A stretch of 64,000 nucleotides of DNA from Peribolospora baueri (GCA_029717555.1 JAMDHS010000023.1:62001-126000); one strand, 5' to 3'; counted from the first letter of the stretch, positions 10,834 through 24,699 are shown. Notes: a model not told the origin generated them from the letters alone. A program made the numbers and translations.

Positions 10834-13800
10834 ATGACCGCCAGCGAAACCTCGTCTACTCCCTCGCCTGAGGCGATTAGACGACCGCAGGCTTCTGTCT
10901 CATCTTCCATCCGGCCCGGCACGAAACGAGTCGCAGCTGGGGGCCGCCAGTCCGCTTCCTTCGCCCACCTCCGCACGCACTCACTCGTCTCCAACAGCAT
11001 CTTCAAACAGTCCACAACGGCCTCCGAGTTGAACACAGCACCGCGTTCTCCTCGTCTGGCAGACCTCGACGGCAAGCCCCGGCCCAACAGCTTCATCGCC
11101 TCCTCCTCTACCACCAGCTTCACGTCTATCGGCAAGTCGCCGACAGTAAACAACAGCTTGTCCGACAGTGGAGGGCAAGTACAGTCGTCGGAGGACTCTG
11201 AGAACGAGGATCCACGTATTCCTCGCTCCATGTCGTCGTTAAGCGACATCTCCTCCAAGACCTTCCCCGACAGGGATGACGGAAGCTTGCGCCGGAAGAG
11301 CAAAGGCCTCGACGCCCTGCGCTCCAACAGCCTCGTGTCCAATTCGCCTTTCAAGCAGCAGTTCCAGTCTCCGTCTGCGTCACGGACGGACCTTTCGCTT
11401 CGAGGAGGGGTGCGCCCCCCAACCACGATCAGAGCAGCGGCGCCAGCCGTCTCGCCTTCGAGCCCCGGTGGAATTCTCACCAGCCGTCGACTGACGGGCC
11501 CGAGGGAGATGACAGCTAGTCCTTCACGCGTTCACTCTCCCTCGTCGGTCGGGGCAGTGGCACCGACTAAGGCGGGAATGCAGAGGGAGGGTGGCGCAGA
11601 ACAGCGCAGGGACATCTCAGCTGCGATCAGGAGGGAGAGAAGGAAGACTGTCACTTTTGACGAGGTGCCGGACGTCCAGGTGCGACCTTTTGCTCTCTCT
11701 CTGTCTTCCTCGTCACCTGAACGCGGTTCAATGCGGGCGCAAGTCAAATCTGACCATTCTTCTTTAACTTCTCGTTCGAACAGGAGTTTGAAAAGGAGTC
11801 TTCCTTTGAATCTTCTGCAGCTTCTGTATCTGTCTACGACTCGCCGCAACCTTCCGATCCTCCCGCTGAACAACGCCTCAATCAGCATGGATACGAGGGC
11901 GAGGAAGAGACTGGCGACGGCTATTACTGTTCTGACGAGGGTCCGTTCGAGCACGGCTCGCCCCAGCCGGCACATGCGGCCCAAGAAGGAGAGATGCAAC
12001 GCTTCTTCGTTCCGCAGGATGACGGTTCGCCGCGCCTCTCACCTGAGGATCACCAGTTAGATGAGCCGGATCTGTGGGAGGACGGCGGAGCGCTGGGTCT
12101 TCAACGCCGCGAACCTTCTCAACTTGGCAACGAAGCAATGTCAGAGGATAGAGAAGGACGCGAGCAGCAGTGCCGTGAAAGCGGGCAACAAGGCCTCGCG
12201 CCACCGACGCCTATGATCGGTGACGAAGACAGCTTCTCTGAGGCGGATTCCTTCCTCGCCGAGAAGGCTTTGCGGGATGCTGTTGCCGCCGCTCGGCAAC
12301 AGAAGCATGAGCAGGAACTTAGCCGAGCCGAAGGCGGGCTTTCGGCGGAGGAAGGAGAAGGCAGCTACTTCGACGAGCATGCCTACGCTGCCGAGCTCGG
12401 CCACGGTCACAACAGTCTGGAGAGGGATGACACGTTCGATCTCGTTGAGCAGCTCCTCAAGGATGAGATGCTCAGCCCTCGCTTAGGCCCTATCGCCCCG
12501 TCCGGTTCTTCCGTCTCCGCTTCGGCCTCATCTGCGTCGTCTTTGGGTGCTCTCGGAAGCGGTGCCAGTGACGGTGCTTCGACGGCTGAGGATGGAGACG
12601 AGGAGAGAACCAAGCGGACGAGCGACGAAGAGCAAGACGACGGACAAGAGCAGCGTGGCGAGCAGGAGCTTGACCATGGCCTTAACTCTCCCTCTCAGCC
12701 CGTGGAGCACGTCCCCACGCTCGACGGCGCCTCTTCTCCTTCCTCGCCTCGCCCTGTGCCCCCTTCGCCTTCCAAACTCCAGTCGTCTTTGCCACTCTCG
12801 TTGCCCGTTTGGTCGCCTTTGATGTTCCAGGGCGAGTCCGAATCTTCGGTACCTTCTCCACTCCAACGGGACGATGACAGGGCTCTATCGACGATGATGC
12901 CTCCCCCTCCTCCGAAAAGGGAAGTGGACCAACCCCCTTCTGATGGCGCCACTATTGCTCATTCTCCACTGAGCGAGAAGGAAGTAGAGGAGGAGCCTTC
13001 TCGTGACCCTCCTTCGCCTTCATTCGGGCGTCCGACTTCTCCTGATTATATTCCTGCGACGCCTACACGGCCCACCGCCGGACTCGTTGGTGATAGCGAC
13101 GCCTCCTCCCCACTCCGCTCTCCCCGCTCCCCTCCCGGACGCCGGCTTCGTTCTGGGAGTGTGACTTCTCTCCGACCCCGGATCAATCGCGAAGATGTCC
13201 TGGAACGTATGGCAAGCCGTCGGCGTGCCGCGGCCGCATCTGCCTCCTCGGTGTCGTCATCCTCGTCTCCGTCCTCTGGCGACGAGAAGCGAGCTGCCAC
13301 GGTAGCGGCGGATGCCTCCTGGTCGCCTAGTAAATACACTATCTCTCTCACCGCTTCCCTCTCTCCCAGCAAGCAACTGGTCCCGCTCACCACCTCCAGC
13401 TCCGCGAGTTCCATCGCCTCGCCCCGCCCTGCGGTGGTGGAAGTGGCAGCCTTGGAATCGGCTGAGAGGGACACGGTGAACGAGCAGGACGAGGATGGGA
13501 CGAGGACCGCCAGTGAGGAAGAACCGTCTGAAGACGAAATGCCTCCTCCAAAGGGGAGGAGGAAGAGGACCATCAGTGCCGGGCCTTCGGCACCTGGGCA
13601 AAAGACCGTGACGTTGGAAAGGGTCGTCGAGAGAGGATCGCGCGACGACGGAGCGACAGGGGATGAGGGTGATGGAGAGAGCGGGCTCGAGAGCAGCCTG
13701 AGCCGGGAGTTCAGTCTCATCCAGAACAAGGACGTGAGTGTGGCATCATCGGAACTTGGTCTCCTTCGACGATACTACCCAACTGACACGCTATTCCCTC

Positions 13801-15741
13801 TTTCGCGCCCGACATCGACTTTCGGATGAACAGCGCAAGTACCGCGTCCGAGACCGAGGCCTGTACGCTTCTGCCACCGACAAAGTTTCACACTCTCGCC
13901 AAGCAGGCGATGTTGATAGCGGCAAGGCCTGGCGCACTGTGCGCAGGCCGAGCGATATGAACGAGTACGCCCGGGAGCTGAGGGAATACCGCTCGAAGGA
14001 GAATCCGCAGAAGGCGGCAGGCAAGGTTTTTGTGAAGAGTGAGTGGCAAAGATGGATGAGAATTGATCTGGAACCGCTGCAGTCGTATAAGGAGACTGGA
14101 AGCGGTGATGCTCATGTGATCGGATCTTGGAACACAGTCGACTCCTTCACGTCTGCGGGACTGCCCGTGCCATCGCTGCCGACCTTTTTCAACTGCACCC
14201 TTGACAACGGTATCCATTGTGTCGAGACCGAGTTCTTCCCGCTGGAGAAGTCCGGTCCGTCGAACATTAAGCAAGAGTTTGAGTTGTGAGTGACCGACTT
14301 CGCCGTCATGTCCTTGTCCCTCCGATTTCTCATGGTGAGAACAATCGCTAATCTCTGTTTGGGACATGATGCAACTTTAAATGGCTCCTACAGGATCAAC
14401 CACAAGAATCTTGAGTTCTCCCTCACCCTTACCGTTCGCCGTGATGCCCATCTCCGCCCTCCTCCGCCAAAGCCCCAACCCACCTCTCCTTCGAAAGGCA
14501 GCCCCTCTGGTGGCTCGCGAATGCGCGGTTTGTTCGGCGCACAAAAGCGAGCCAACAAATCCGCATCGTCTGCTAAGGATTCTGTACGGAATCCGGCTTC
14601 TACGGCTCCCGTCGATCCGCTTGTGCAATATCTGAACGCACAAGGCGTATTCGGGCGCAGTTTCGTCGTGTTTAGCAACCTCGCTCTCCGTTGCACAGGC
14701 CGGTTGCTGGAAGTAGAACTTCCCGTCGTCAACACGGGAAGCAACGAGTTGCCGCGGGAGCCAGGTCGAAACCAGCACAGTCAGGCGAAGAGGGTGGGCA
14801 CCTTACGTGTCCACCTGTTCTACCTTCCACCCATGCCTGCTGTGGTCAGGGGTGACTTGCCCAACAGCTTGAACGATTGCATCAAGGGTCTTGGGTACAT
14901 CGCGTGGCATAACGGTCAGGTGTGGTATGAAGGCACGTTGACGCAGCAGGGTGGCGACTGTCCCGTGAGTGTACTGTCTTTCTCTCGGCAAATTCTGCCC
15001 CGTCAGCGGTACTGACTCGGTCGTCTTCTGCACTCGTAGACGTGGCGACGTCGGCCCATCAAAGCAAAAGGCGGCCGATTGATCTGCTGGAGCGACGTTC
15101 TGAACCGGGCTGTGGCGACGATCGACTTGTCCAAAGCTATCCGCGTGGAGGACAATGACGATCCGGTCTCGTCGCCTCGAGGCCCTGCAACTGGTAACGG
15201 TGGGCGAGGAACGCCAGCATCACGAATAGATGAAGAAGAGGAGGTCTACCACATGGAGCGCTCCTTCCGCGTCGTCTTCATGGACGGCGAGGAAATCTCC
15301 TTCTTCGCCGACACGGACGAGGAGAAGCGACGATGGCTCAAAGTGCTTAACTCGCTGGTTGGTCGCATCCCACCCAAGCCGCTTTGGGCCCAGCTTGCGG
15401 CGGAGGCCAGCGAGGCTGCCGAAAAAGGGCTGCAGGAGCTTCAGGAGCTTCAGAAGCGGCAGGGCGCCAATCCGGCCGCCAATCCGTCAGAAATGCGTTC
15501 TTCTTCACATGCTGCAGGTGTCGGCCATGACAACAAGAGACGTGCTTTCGCTGCTGCCGTTGCCGCCGATGGTCCATCCACACCCTCGACGATAGCAACG
15601 ACGACGGGTAGCACCACTACGAGGTCCACTCACATGGGTTCCAGCTCGCGCCTAAGCACCTCAACCCGGCCGACCACGGCTAGCACCGACGGTGGACGGA
15701 GTCGCACCGGCTCATCGGCGAGCAAGCCTGCTTGGACATGA
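10834..15741 (+). CDS. BUD4: Bud4/Int1/anillin-like septin-associated protein (anillin-homology region plus C-terminal PH domain)
   Basis: Long Ser/Pro-rich N-terminus, RRKTVTFDEVP, GDVDSGKAWRTVRRPSDM, GKVFVK, CTLDNGIHC, QEFEL. PH domain: EGTLTQQGGDCP-WRRR...ATIDLSKA...FRVVFMDGEEISFFAD. Confidence 0.88.
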
Positions 15742-16226
15742 TCACTCTATAGGCCTTTGTCTTTCCCTTGCTTGCGTGTTCTTTTCTTTTCCCTTTCCAT
15801 CTGCATATTTCGAACGACGGGTGCGCCCTACCTGTGTCATACCTTCCCCACCTCTCGTACTCTGGCCCATATACATCATGACACATATCCGCCTCTCTTC
15901 CTCTTATCTCTCGGATTCCGTTTGCCTCTGCGCCATCTCGTCTCTCTTATACTCTCTTCGCCTTCTCGAGCTGGCCTTGGTGTTGGCAGACGGACTTCAT
16001 TTCCTTACTCTTCCTCTCCTCGCTTTTCTCTCCTCGCTTCTCGTCTTCTTTCCCCACGTCTCGCCTTGTCTCGTTTCGTCTCGTCTCGTCTAGCGTTTAC
16101 TATCCGTTCCCTTCACTTTGTGATTCGGATGATTGGCGAGCTCATGATCTGTCACGCTATATGATTCACATGATGATGAGCACATGTCAACTCATTCTTC
16201 CATGTTATCGAGTCCCGGCCTCAGCG

Positions 16227-17737
16227 TCACGTAAGGGAAGCCTCTGCTAAACGCTCCTCCTCGCCCGCCCTCGATACAATTTTAGCTCCACCGCCGCTGG
16301 CACCCGACTTTTTCCTCGTTCGATTCTGTGTTTCGTCCTTCTTTATCCGTGCTCGTTCCTTCTTCCACCTCGCTTTGGCGTCCTGTCGGAGCTTCTTCTT
16401 CGCCGCTGCTGCTGCTTTCATGTCGACCGGGGCAGTGGCCTTGAGATGCTTGACTCGTGGGGACATCAACAGCGGTCCCCTAGGGCCCGTCGCTTTGGCC
16501 TGCGCTCCTATCTGCGTCGAACGCGATTCTTTCCGGGAGCGGTTTCTTCGTGTGGCGGAAGTAGGAGAGTTCGGAAGGGGCAACATAGAGGATGGAACGA
16601 GCCAGGGAGAGGTTGGCGGCTGGAGGTGTTGCGAGAGAAGAGAGAGGAGTGGGTCGAGCAACTCGGCTGGGACGTCCGACTGCAAGGTACAGAGCGAAGA
16701 GAAAGCCACACTCGCGTTGGGCAATCGAGGTCGCATGGAACGTCAAATAGGTGTCGTTAAAGGGGTAAAACTCACAAGCAGTCCCAAGACGGCGACCCTA
16801 CGAATCCCGAGTACGTCGGCCAGCACAAGCTCAGCGCCCTTGGGCAACGGCACGAGGAAAATCGGCGACGCGGCGCTTTCTGCAGCCGTCGAGTTCTTTA
16901 CCCCGGTCCTGGCTTGCGTTCCCTTCGCCTCGGCGAGTCCATTCACCGCACAAGCCATGATCGGTAGATGAGCGATCAGCGCTGGTGGGTCAATATCATG
17001 ACGACAGGCAAACACGATGCGCAGAGGACATGGCGCTGCTGCGCTTTCGACCTGAGCAGGCGACAGCTGCGTAGTGGCAATGGGCGGCGGCGCGGTAGTA
17101 GGAGCCTTGGCAGGTCGAGACTCTCGAGACGGCTGAGTGGGCAACACACCCTGACTAACATCCGGGCTTGTTGCCCCTTTGGCGCCCTCCCCAGTGCTAT
17201 GCGGTGCGGCGTCTCGTCTCGCTCGTGCAATCTGATCCTCCAAAGCTCTAGAGACTGCGTTGATGCCGGCGACGAAGAACGGCCGCTTGGAGCGCTCTGC
17301 GTCGCCCTTCAAACGTCCGTCGGAAGCGCGTTTTCCATGTCGTCGACGAATTCCAGGTCCAGACGCCAGAGAAGTAGACGCCTGGAGAGAATTTAGGAGG
17401 GAGACCAATGCGTGGAGGATGGCTGTTTGCGCGAAGGCCGGTAAGGTAGGCCTGTCAAAGGATGACATGAGAGATAGAGGGAAGTCAAGGTAGGCCAAAC
17501 ATAGGTTCACAGCAACGACAAAATGACAAGATAGATTTCACTGATGTTGACTACGCACCATTTGACTGCCAACGGAGAGTCAAGCACCGGCCGAAAGACG
17601 ACCCTTCGGTCTGCCGGCACTCCTGCCTCGCCGTCCTTCTTCTGCGCTGCCCCGCCTCCGCCGCCCTTCTGTCGCAGCGCGTGCTGATTGGAGTGCGTCT
17701 GTGCCGTGCGGTCTCCCTTGGCCTTAAAGGTGGACAT
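16227..17737 (-). CDS. POP3: RNase P/MRP subunit Pop3/Rpp38-like (L7Ae fold)
   Basis: VFRPVLDSP..VKW, GINAVSRALE, IVFACRHDIDPPALIAHLP, LVPLPKGAELVLADVLGIRRVAVLGL. Three exons. Confidence 0.8.
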
Positions 17738-18104
17738 GACTGTAGACGTGCTGTTGTTGGAATGGCCGAAGGTAGGCTCAGGTGGAGATGGAATCCGACT
17801 CGCGACCGCGGTTTTGGTTTTTTGGTGGTCCGTGCGTCAGACGGAGATAAGCGGCTCCCAAGGCTGAAATGATCGGACAGCTGTGTGATGCGACCATCCT
17901 GACGACAACTACAGCCACTGTTGTCATTAACTTTCTTTCACCCAAGCCCGACCCTTTCGCACCTTCTCTCTAAACGAGCCCCTCCATTTTTATACAAGCA
18001 CTTTCCTGCGTGGGAGCCGCATGTTTGAACGGCTCCGAACGCCTGCCACGCCTTGACCGCTTGTCAGCCGGCCCACGGGTCGTCGTCAACGCCAAGTCCT
18101 CGCC

Positions 18105-20377
18105 ATGCCGGTGGCATCGACCTTTGCCGCCTCTCCCTCAGCTTCGTCATCGACCACGCTTCCAGAACATGCAGTGTTCATTGCTGTTCGCCTTTCCTTG
18201 ATTTTTCTCTTTCGCCGCCTCTTTCTTCGCAGGTTGGTTTCCCAGGCGAGGGCGGCCGCGCGCGATCCCCTTTTGGCTCCGGTAAAGTCCAAGCCTGGTG
18301 ACCGTGGAGGAGGACCTTTGCTGGGCGGGAGGCCGTATAGGGACAGATCCCCCGGACAAAGCGAGGACGAGGAGGAAGAGGATGAGGAGCGTACGACTCA
18401 AGACCGGCTCGAGCTCTTACCCGCTCCTGCATCTGCGCCCGCAGTTGGCTCTGCTGGCGATGGGTCGAATGAGGGAGGGAGGACGCACGGAGCTAGTTTC
18501 ATGAGCAAGCTAGCGGGCGTTGTATTCTGTCTCTCTTTTAGCGAGAGTATGACGCTTTTCTTGATTGTGCTGTTACAGGCGGCTGATATATTTGAGACCA
18601 CGTGAGTCGGTGGCCAGTCGGCCCGACAGACAATTCTTGCATCCATGCTCATTCAGCTTTTCGCTCTTCTTTTCCCAGCACCCGTCGCTTTCACTTCCTC
18701 TTTTCACTCCGCCTCCTTCTATTCCTTCTCACCATCCTTATCCCCCTCCTCACCTCTCATCTCCTCACTGCCCGGGTGCGCCAACGTGCCGGGCCCCCGT
18801 CCCTCGGTACCACGCGCCTGGCCTCCCGTTGCTCTCCACGAAACATCATCATCCTCCTCCTTCCATTCCTTGTTTGGATTCTTATCTTTGCCTCCGTCCC
18901 CGTTTCCTCCACCGCCTTTGATCATGAAGCCCAGCAAACCGCCGGACGTATCTCTTCTTGGGCTCTTATCCGCGTAGCCGTTCTCGGCATTACCCTGCTC
19001 GCTCTTCTTTCCGGAGGGGGAGCAATCGCGGCGTTTTGGGACGGCTGGAATTCTTGGAAGGCGCGACGACGTATCCCGGGAGGAGCGACGACGGCGGGAG
19101 TAAGCGACGCAACGTTGGACGCAGCGGAGAGGTCGTTCGAGAGAGCGAGGCAGGAGCTCCTACGTCGGAGGGCGGATCTATCCAGGCTCGAGGCTACCGT
19201 GGCGGCCGAGAACGAGGCAGCCGCTCAAGCCGATGAAGATGGAACTGGCTCGCGCGTGGGCATGTTGTCGAACCTTGGAAGGTTCTTCGGAGCATCGCGC
19301 ACCACCGAAGCCGCTCGTGAGCTCTCCTCGACCCGGACGGAAGTTGGCGCGTTGGAGAGCATGGCCATGTCTATGAGGGACGAGTTGGCAGCCTTGAGGG
19401 AACGGAAGAGGGAAGAAGAGTTTAACAGGACGCTTGGGGGTAAGATCTGGATCGCAGTGGGGTACGCGTGGGCTGCTTATTGTGCAGCCAGGATCGTCTT
19501 GGTGAGTTCGTGGGGTCAGGCAGCGATAATACGATGGAAATAGGAGAGGCTGATTGTCTCCCTGCCCCTACAACCTTCCCCACTTGGCTTTGCAACTTTC
19601 ACGTTGACTTTCATATAGACTTGCTTCTCCCTGCTCGTCCTCCACCTGCTCGGCCTCAGCTTGTCTCCCTCCCGCTCTAGTTCGTCTCCCACCGACGGCC
19701 AAGCAGACTTCGACCCGCTGTCGCGCGCTCTTGCACTCTTCCTCCGTCTCATTGGCAACAATTCTGTGGACGTAGAGCTCTGGACTCGCCAAATCTCTCT
19801 ACTCCTCGCTGGAGGGCTGATTCTTAGCGCCGTGAGGTACACTATGGCTAGGCTCGCTAGGGCTTTTAAGGCCGCTAATCGTGGTACCGCTACGGGAGCC
19901 GGAAGTGGAGGCGTCATGCTTTGGTTGGCTTGGATCATGGTGAGTTGGCGCGCTTCAACGATCATTTTTCCTGTGAAGACTCTGCACTCTTCGAGAGGAC
20001 GTAAAATCCGCGCTCATTCGCACTTTTCCCTTTCTGCATCGCAGAGCTGCTACTTCCTCGCGGCCTTAATTCAGCTCCGAACTGTAAGTCGCTGGCGTCC
20101 GTGATCCATCACCCGCTTTCTTTCGTAAGCACTCACACCGCTATTGCCGTCTTGTTCACTGCCGCCTCGTTCACATCAACCCACCTCAAAGTCCCTCCCT
20201 CCACGCCTCTCCTCCTCGTCCTCTTCACCTCTTTCCCTTCTACCTCATTTCGACGTGGTTTTCGGCACTCTTTTCGACACCTTCTTTGTTATAGGTGCGG
20301 CCGCTACTTTTGCCGTAAAGTGGCTAGGGCACGTCAGCGGTGTCGGCGCTGAGGAAGGAGCGTTTGGGGATTTGTGA
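18105..20377 (+). CDS. Golgi pH regulator (GPHR/GPR89, ABA-GPCR family) membrane protein
   Basis: FCLSFSES..LF, RVAVLGITLLALLSGGGAI, a central coiled coil, YCAARI, DPLSRAL, TRQISLLLAG, and a terminal FGTLFDTFF TM segment. About 5 exons. Confidence 0.85.
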
Positions 20378-21430
20378 GTGGCTCGCTTTGTTGAGCCGTA
20401 GGTCTGTCTCTTGCTTTCAACTTGGGGAAAGGAGGAACGAAGAAAAGAATTTGCCAATATCGCAGGAACGTGCGCTGCTGCTGAGGGAGAGCATGGCTAC
20501 CACGCCACGTCCTGCTCAGAGCCAGAGCTGAGAGCAACCCGACGTCCAGTCGGACCGCCAAAAAGGGTCATACTTCCAGCCGCGCCTGCGGCCTATCTCC
20601 GTCACAGCCCAGTCTTCTGTCCAGGCTTCTGCCGTTGTCTCTATGTCAGACTCGAGGGGGGGTGGCGAGTTAGGTGCCACGGTCGGCGAGCGCACGCGAA
20701 CAGGCTCCGCCGTGTACACGTCGTGAGCCTGTCGTGAGCCGCAACTGGCTCGACCCACATGCCGTATCATTTGGAGGCAATTGAAAGTTGCTTCATGGGG
20801 AGAGGGTTGTCCCCTGTTGGCCAGCGACGTGTCCAACGGTCAAGACTAACGTGGGCCTGGGTGAAAAGGACAACTGCAGAAAGCGCCACTTGAGCGGGAG
20901 GAGATGCGATCGTACTGGACGTCGCCAGCAACCATATGGTGTCTCGCGCGTCCGCATTCCTTAAACTACGGCCACTCACAGATCCCATCTGGAAAGGCCC
21001 AGCTTCACGGTCAATACTCGCCATGACGGTGACGTCGATTTAAGTCAGAACATCCACCACTACACGGAGGCGACCTTGCAGCACGAGCGACCTGATGATG
21101 ACGGTCCTCGCGCTGGCTCTGCTTCCTGTGCTGTGGAACGTTCAGGGCCAGATAGGACGCCGGCGACGCGGGGGACCCCGGCGTCCCGGGTCACGTGCCC
21201 TTCCCCGCTCTTCGGTACAGCCGTTGACGGCTTGGAGGTTTTACCGCCAGTACGTCACTCATCCTCTCGCCTTCATTGCAGGCAGCCAGTATTCGAACCC
21301 GCTCAAGATATTGCACCAAGACTGTCGTTAAGACAGACAGGTCTTTTCTGAAAGCTTGCTTACGCGGCACGGTGAGTCACCAGCCGACTCGATTCGGTAG
21401 CTGGGTGCCGGTGGCGGTCGGGGGGTACCG

Positions 21431-23932
21431 ATGGCCTGGATGGCAGCAACAGCTCAGTCGTTGAGCTTTGGCATGCATTATCCAGGTTTTGGCATGAAAG
21501 TCGACACCGACCAGTTCCACTCCCACCCGCCTAACGCTCAACCCTCCCATCCGCCTCCGCCATCTGTCGCCCTGCCTCCTCGTCTCACCGCGCGCGGTCG
21601 ACCTCGGAAGCTGTTTCGGTATCTTCAAGACGGCGGTGGTGGAACGGGAGGGGCGGGTCCCAGCTCGCAGGAGTGTGCCGGGTCTGCTGCTCTCAGCAAG
21701 CCAAGTTCAGCAAGCGTATGCGGTGAGGAGGCTGACGGTTATCGGCCCGACGCCGAAAGCGAACACCAGCCGTCATCGCCACGACAAGAACAACAGCGAC
21801 CTTCTCTCGACGAGGACGACCGCGAAGGCGAAGACTCTATCTCTTCCGCCGGTAATCCTGTGAGTAGTGGCGATGGAGGTGAAGACGGGCAGCCGACAGA
21901 CGTCGTCGGACGAAACGGACAAGGACAGGGGCGACCAGGCGAGGCGGTGACGCCTAGAAAGAGGCGGGCGTCCAAAGTGTCCAAGGCGTGCCTATTTTGC
22001 AAGCGCAGTCATATGACTTGCACCGTGCACAGGCCTTGTACAAGATGGTGAGCGGCCAGTTTAGAGGAGCGTAGCGACGACACTTTTTTTTTTTTTTTTT
22101 TTTTTTTCGATGAGAAGCGTTAGCTCTCTAACTGTCTTCGACTCGGTCAACCTCCGACTCTTTCCACACCTTCGTAGCGTGAAACGCGGGATTGCATACA
22201 TGTGCATGGACGCAGATCCTAACGTATCAAACAAGAGAAATCCAACGGCCACGACGTCAGCATCGCCAGGGATCGGCCAAGGCCCGACGCTGGGAGTATC
22301 TGCAGGCGCCGCGTCCGATCCTGGCCGTGGCGAACGAACATCAGGAGGAGTGGCCGGTTCAAGATTGCCGTCTACCAACGCGTCGCCCTTCCCGCCGACT
22401 CCGGCATGGCAGCCGGCGTCTGCGGCTGTGATAGACTCGCAGCTTCTCTCTTCCGTCCAGACGCCCGGCGGTAATGGCCATCCATCACCGTTCTCGTTCA
22501 GTCCAGACGTCACGTTGAACGACCTGATGCAGTGGCCTTCTAGCGGAGGCGTTTGGGATAGCATGAGTGCGAACGACGTCGGCGTCTCTGGTGGACAAAT
22601 ATTCGCTTTCTCCGACGGCCCTACTTTGGGCGTTGCTCCCAACCAGACCATTCCAAGTGGAGGACTGTCCGCGTCGGAGATGGCATCTGCGCCGAGCTTG
22701 TCCGTCTCTTCATCAAAGCCGACGGCATCGCAAGCCGTAGTCTCTGACGCAGTGCTCCTAGGAGGCCCCGCGATGGAGACCTCACCGGGCGGTTCGGATG
22801 GGGCTCCTCCACACGTGCAACGGCTGCGCGCCCTCGAAGCGATCGCCAGTGGCTCGAGTATTCGTGTAGGCACGGAGGGCATGAGCGGTGCAAACGGCCG
22901 AGGTGGGCGCTCGGCGGGCGCGGGGATGGACGTGGGAAGGAATGGGGGAGATGGGGAAGAGGAAGAGGAAGAGGACGAGAATGAGATGATGATTTCGGAC
23001 GTGAGGCCGTACAATTACACGTTCGGGTATGCTAAGATCTTGTGAGTGGTCGTGCGGTTGTGCCCACGAAGAGATATGTTTGGAGCTGAAACGTGGCCGA
23101 CTGCTTTTTTATTTTATTTTATTTTATTTTTTTTTTCCGTCGGCCATGTCAACTCCACCCTCAGACGATGGATCCGACTTCCGGAAGCCGGCTGGAACGC
23201 CGACTCGGTGGATCGGATCACGTCGGCGATCGACTACGTCCGTCCGCGATTCCGCGCCATCTCTCAAACCCTGTCGGACCTGCAGCTGGTGCGGCACGAG
23301 GAGCGGTTCTTGCGATTGCTGAGCCATTACAGAGATACGGTCGGAGAGAGCATCACGATGCCTTTGGTAGCCATTCGGAGGTGCGGGGAGATCTATTGTG
23401 CCAACTCGCACTTTGCGAGAATGTGCGGATTGGACGTGCCTTGGTTTGAGAAGGTAGGGCTGGCCGGCACCCGGTTTTCGGTGGGATGGGATGGTGACTG
23501 ACACTCCGCTTGACGAACATGGTATTAGGGCCGCCTGAGCCTGTATCAGGTGCTCAGTGATTCGCTGTCGGCGATGATTTTCGAGGTGAGCTGGAGCTGG
23601 GCTGGGCTCGCCGACTCGGTCGCGGCTGAACTGAACGTGGCACTGAGCTGCGTTTGTGCTTTCACTCGTGTCAGCGTTACATGGCGATCTTTAGGGACGG
23701 GGCGCCGAACCCGATCCGGTGCGTCGGCAACGTGGTGGTCAACCACGCCGTCTCGCCGTTCTCATCCATGGGCTGGACGTCAACGTCGTCGGAGGGAGCT
23801 CATGGGCAGGGGCAGGGTCAGGGTCACAGGGGCGTCGTCCGAGTGACGTGCGCGGTGAGCGTGGAGGTGATCGTGGATAAGCACGGGCTGCCGGTCATCA
23901 TGGTCGGCTCTTTCGTGCCGATCGAAGGATGA
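21431..23932 (+). CDS. RDS2: Zn(II)2Cys6 transcription factor with C-terminal PAS-like domain (Rds2/Ert1/AcuM-AcuK gluconeogenesis regulator family); start codon uncertain (21431/21473/21494)
   Basis: RASKVSKACLFCKRSHMTC..RPCTRCVKRGIAYMC (split by an intron), PYNYTFGYAKI, RRCGEIYCANSHFA and a terminal IMVGSFVP match the Rds2-type architecture. Confidence 0.85.
22084..22107 (+). repeat. Poly-T tract (24 nt) in intron 1 of the Rds2-like gene
   Basis: Read directly. A second (ATTTT)n/T-rich tract lies in intron 2 at about 23105-23137. Confidence 0.95.
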
Positions 23933-24178
23933 TATTACGCTCCTCCTACTGCTCCTCCTCGGTCACCGGTGGACCGACATGGTTTCTCGTTTGTATTTGT
24001 ACGAATGGATGGATGCCGAAGCGAGGCATACGCTTTAATTTATCAGGGGCGCTTTGCCAGACTGACTGACGGGGACTCTGTTGGACAGAGAGTTAGCCGG
24101 CTTTCCTCCTCCATCCGTCCTTCCATTCCGCGCTCCGGTCCAGCGGCCGCGTCCTTCTCCTCTCTCGACTGGACGGGC

Positions 24179-24692
24179 TTACTTGGGCGTCTGCGGAACG
24201 GGGACAAGGAAGGAAGGAAGCGAGTCAGGAGGCAGGCAGGCAGGGAGGCAGGAAAACAAAAAGGAAAAAGGAAAAAAACCAACTCACAAGCCAGACCTGA
24301 TAGAAGGCCAGCTTAGGCTCGCCGGCCTTAAGGCTCTGAGCATCAAAGACCATCCTCCCGGCCCACTGAACGGCATGCTTGGAGGTACCGTCCTTGAGGT
24401 CGTAGTCAACTTCGCCGTGGAGCATGAGTTCGGAAGCAGCGTTGTCGAAGGGGTAGACGGCGCGCGGGGAATGTTTGCGAGCAGCGACGGCTTGCCACAT
24501 CTTGTGGCGCAGCGCCACGATCTCTTCCCTACCCTTGCGGCGGTCCGCGGCCATGACGATCTCGCCGGAGGGAAGGAAGTGGTCGGCGTAGAGCTCGTGG
24601 GCCGTGGGCGTGTCGGAGACGGTGTAGAAGGAGGAGAGGAAGGCGATGATTGGCTTTGGCACCGTTGCGGCGGGGCGCAGCGTGGTGGCCAT
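24179..24692 (-). CDS. Small SnoaL-like/NTF2-fold protein (fungal family)
   Basis: FLSSFYTVSD...YADHF...GREEI...H...LMLHGEVDY...WAGRMVF...KLAFYQVWL. Intron from GTGAGT at about 24286 to CAG, then a terminal exon TPK*. Confidence 0.8.
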
Positions 24693-24699
24693 GGTGGGC

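Noticed and set aside
20516..21024. Possible spliced minus-strand gene (MASIDREAGPFQMGS then GTGAGT) and a Trp-rich ORF at 20516-20836
   Set aside because: The obvious acceptor gives only about 41 aa, and in-frame stops separate it from the longer ORF. No recognisable motif.
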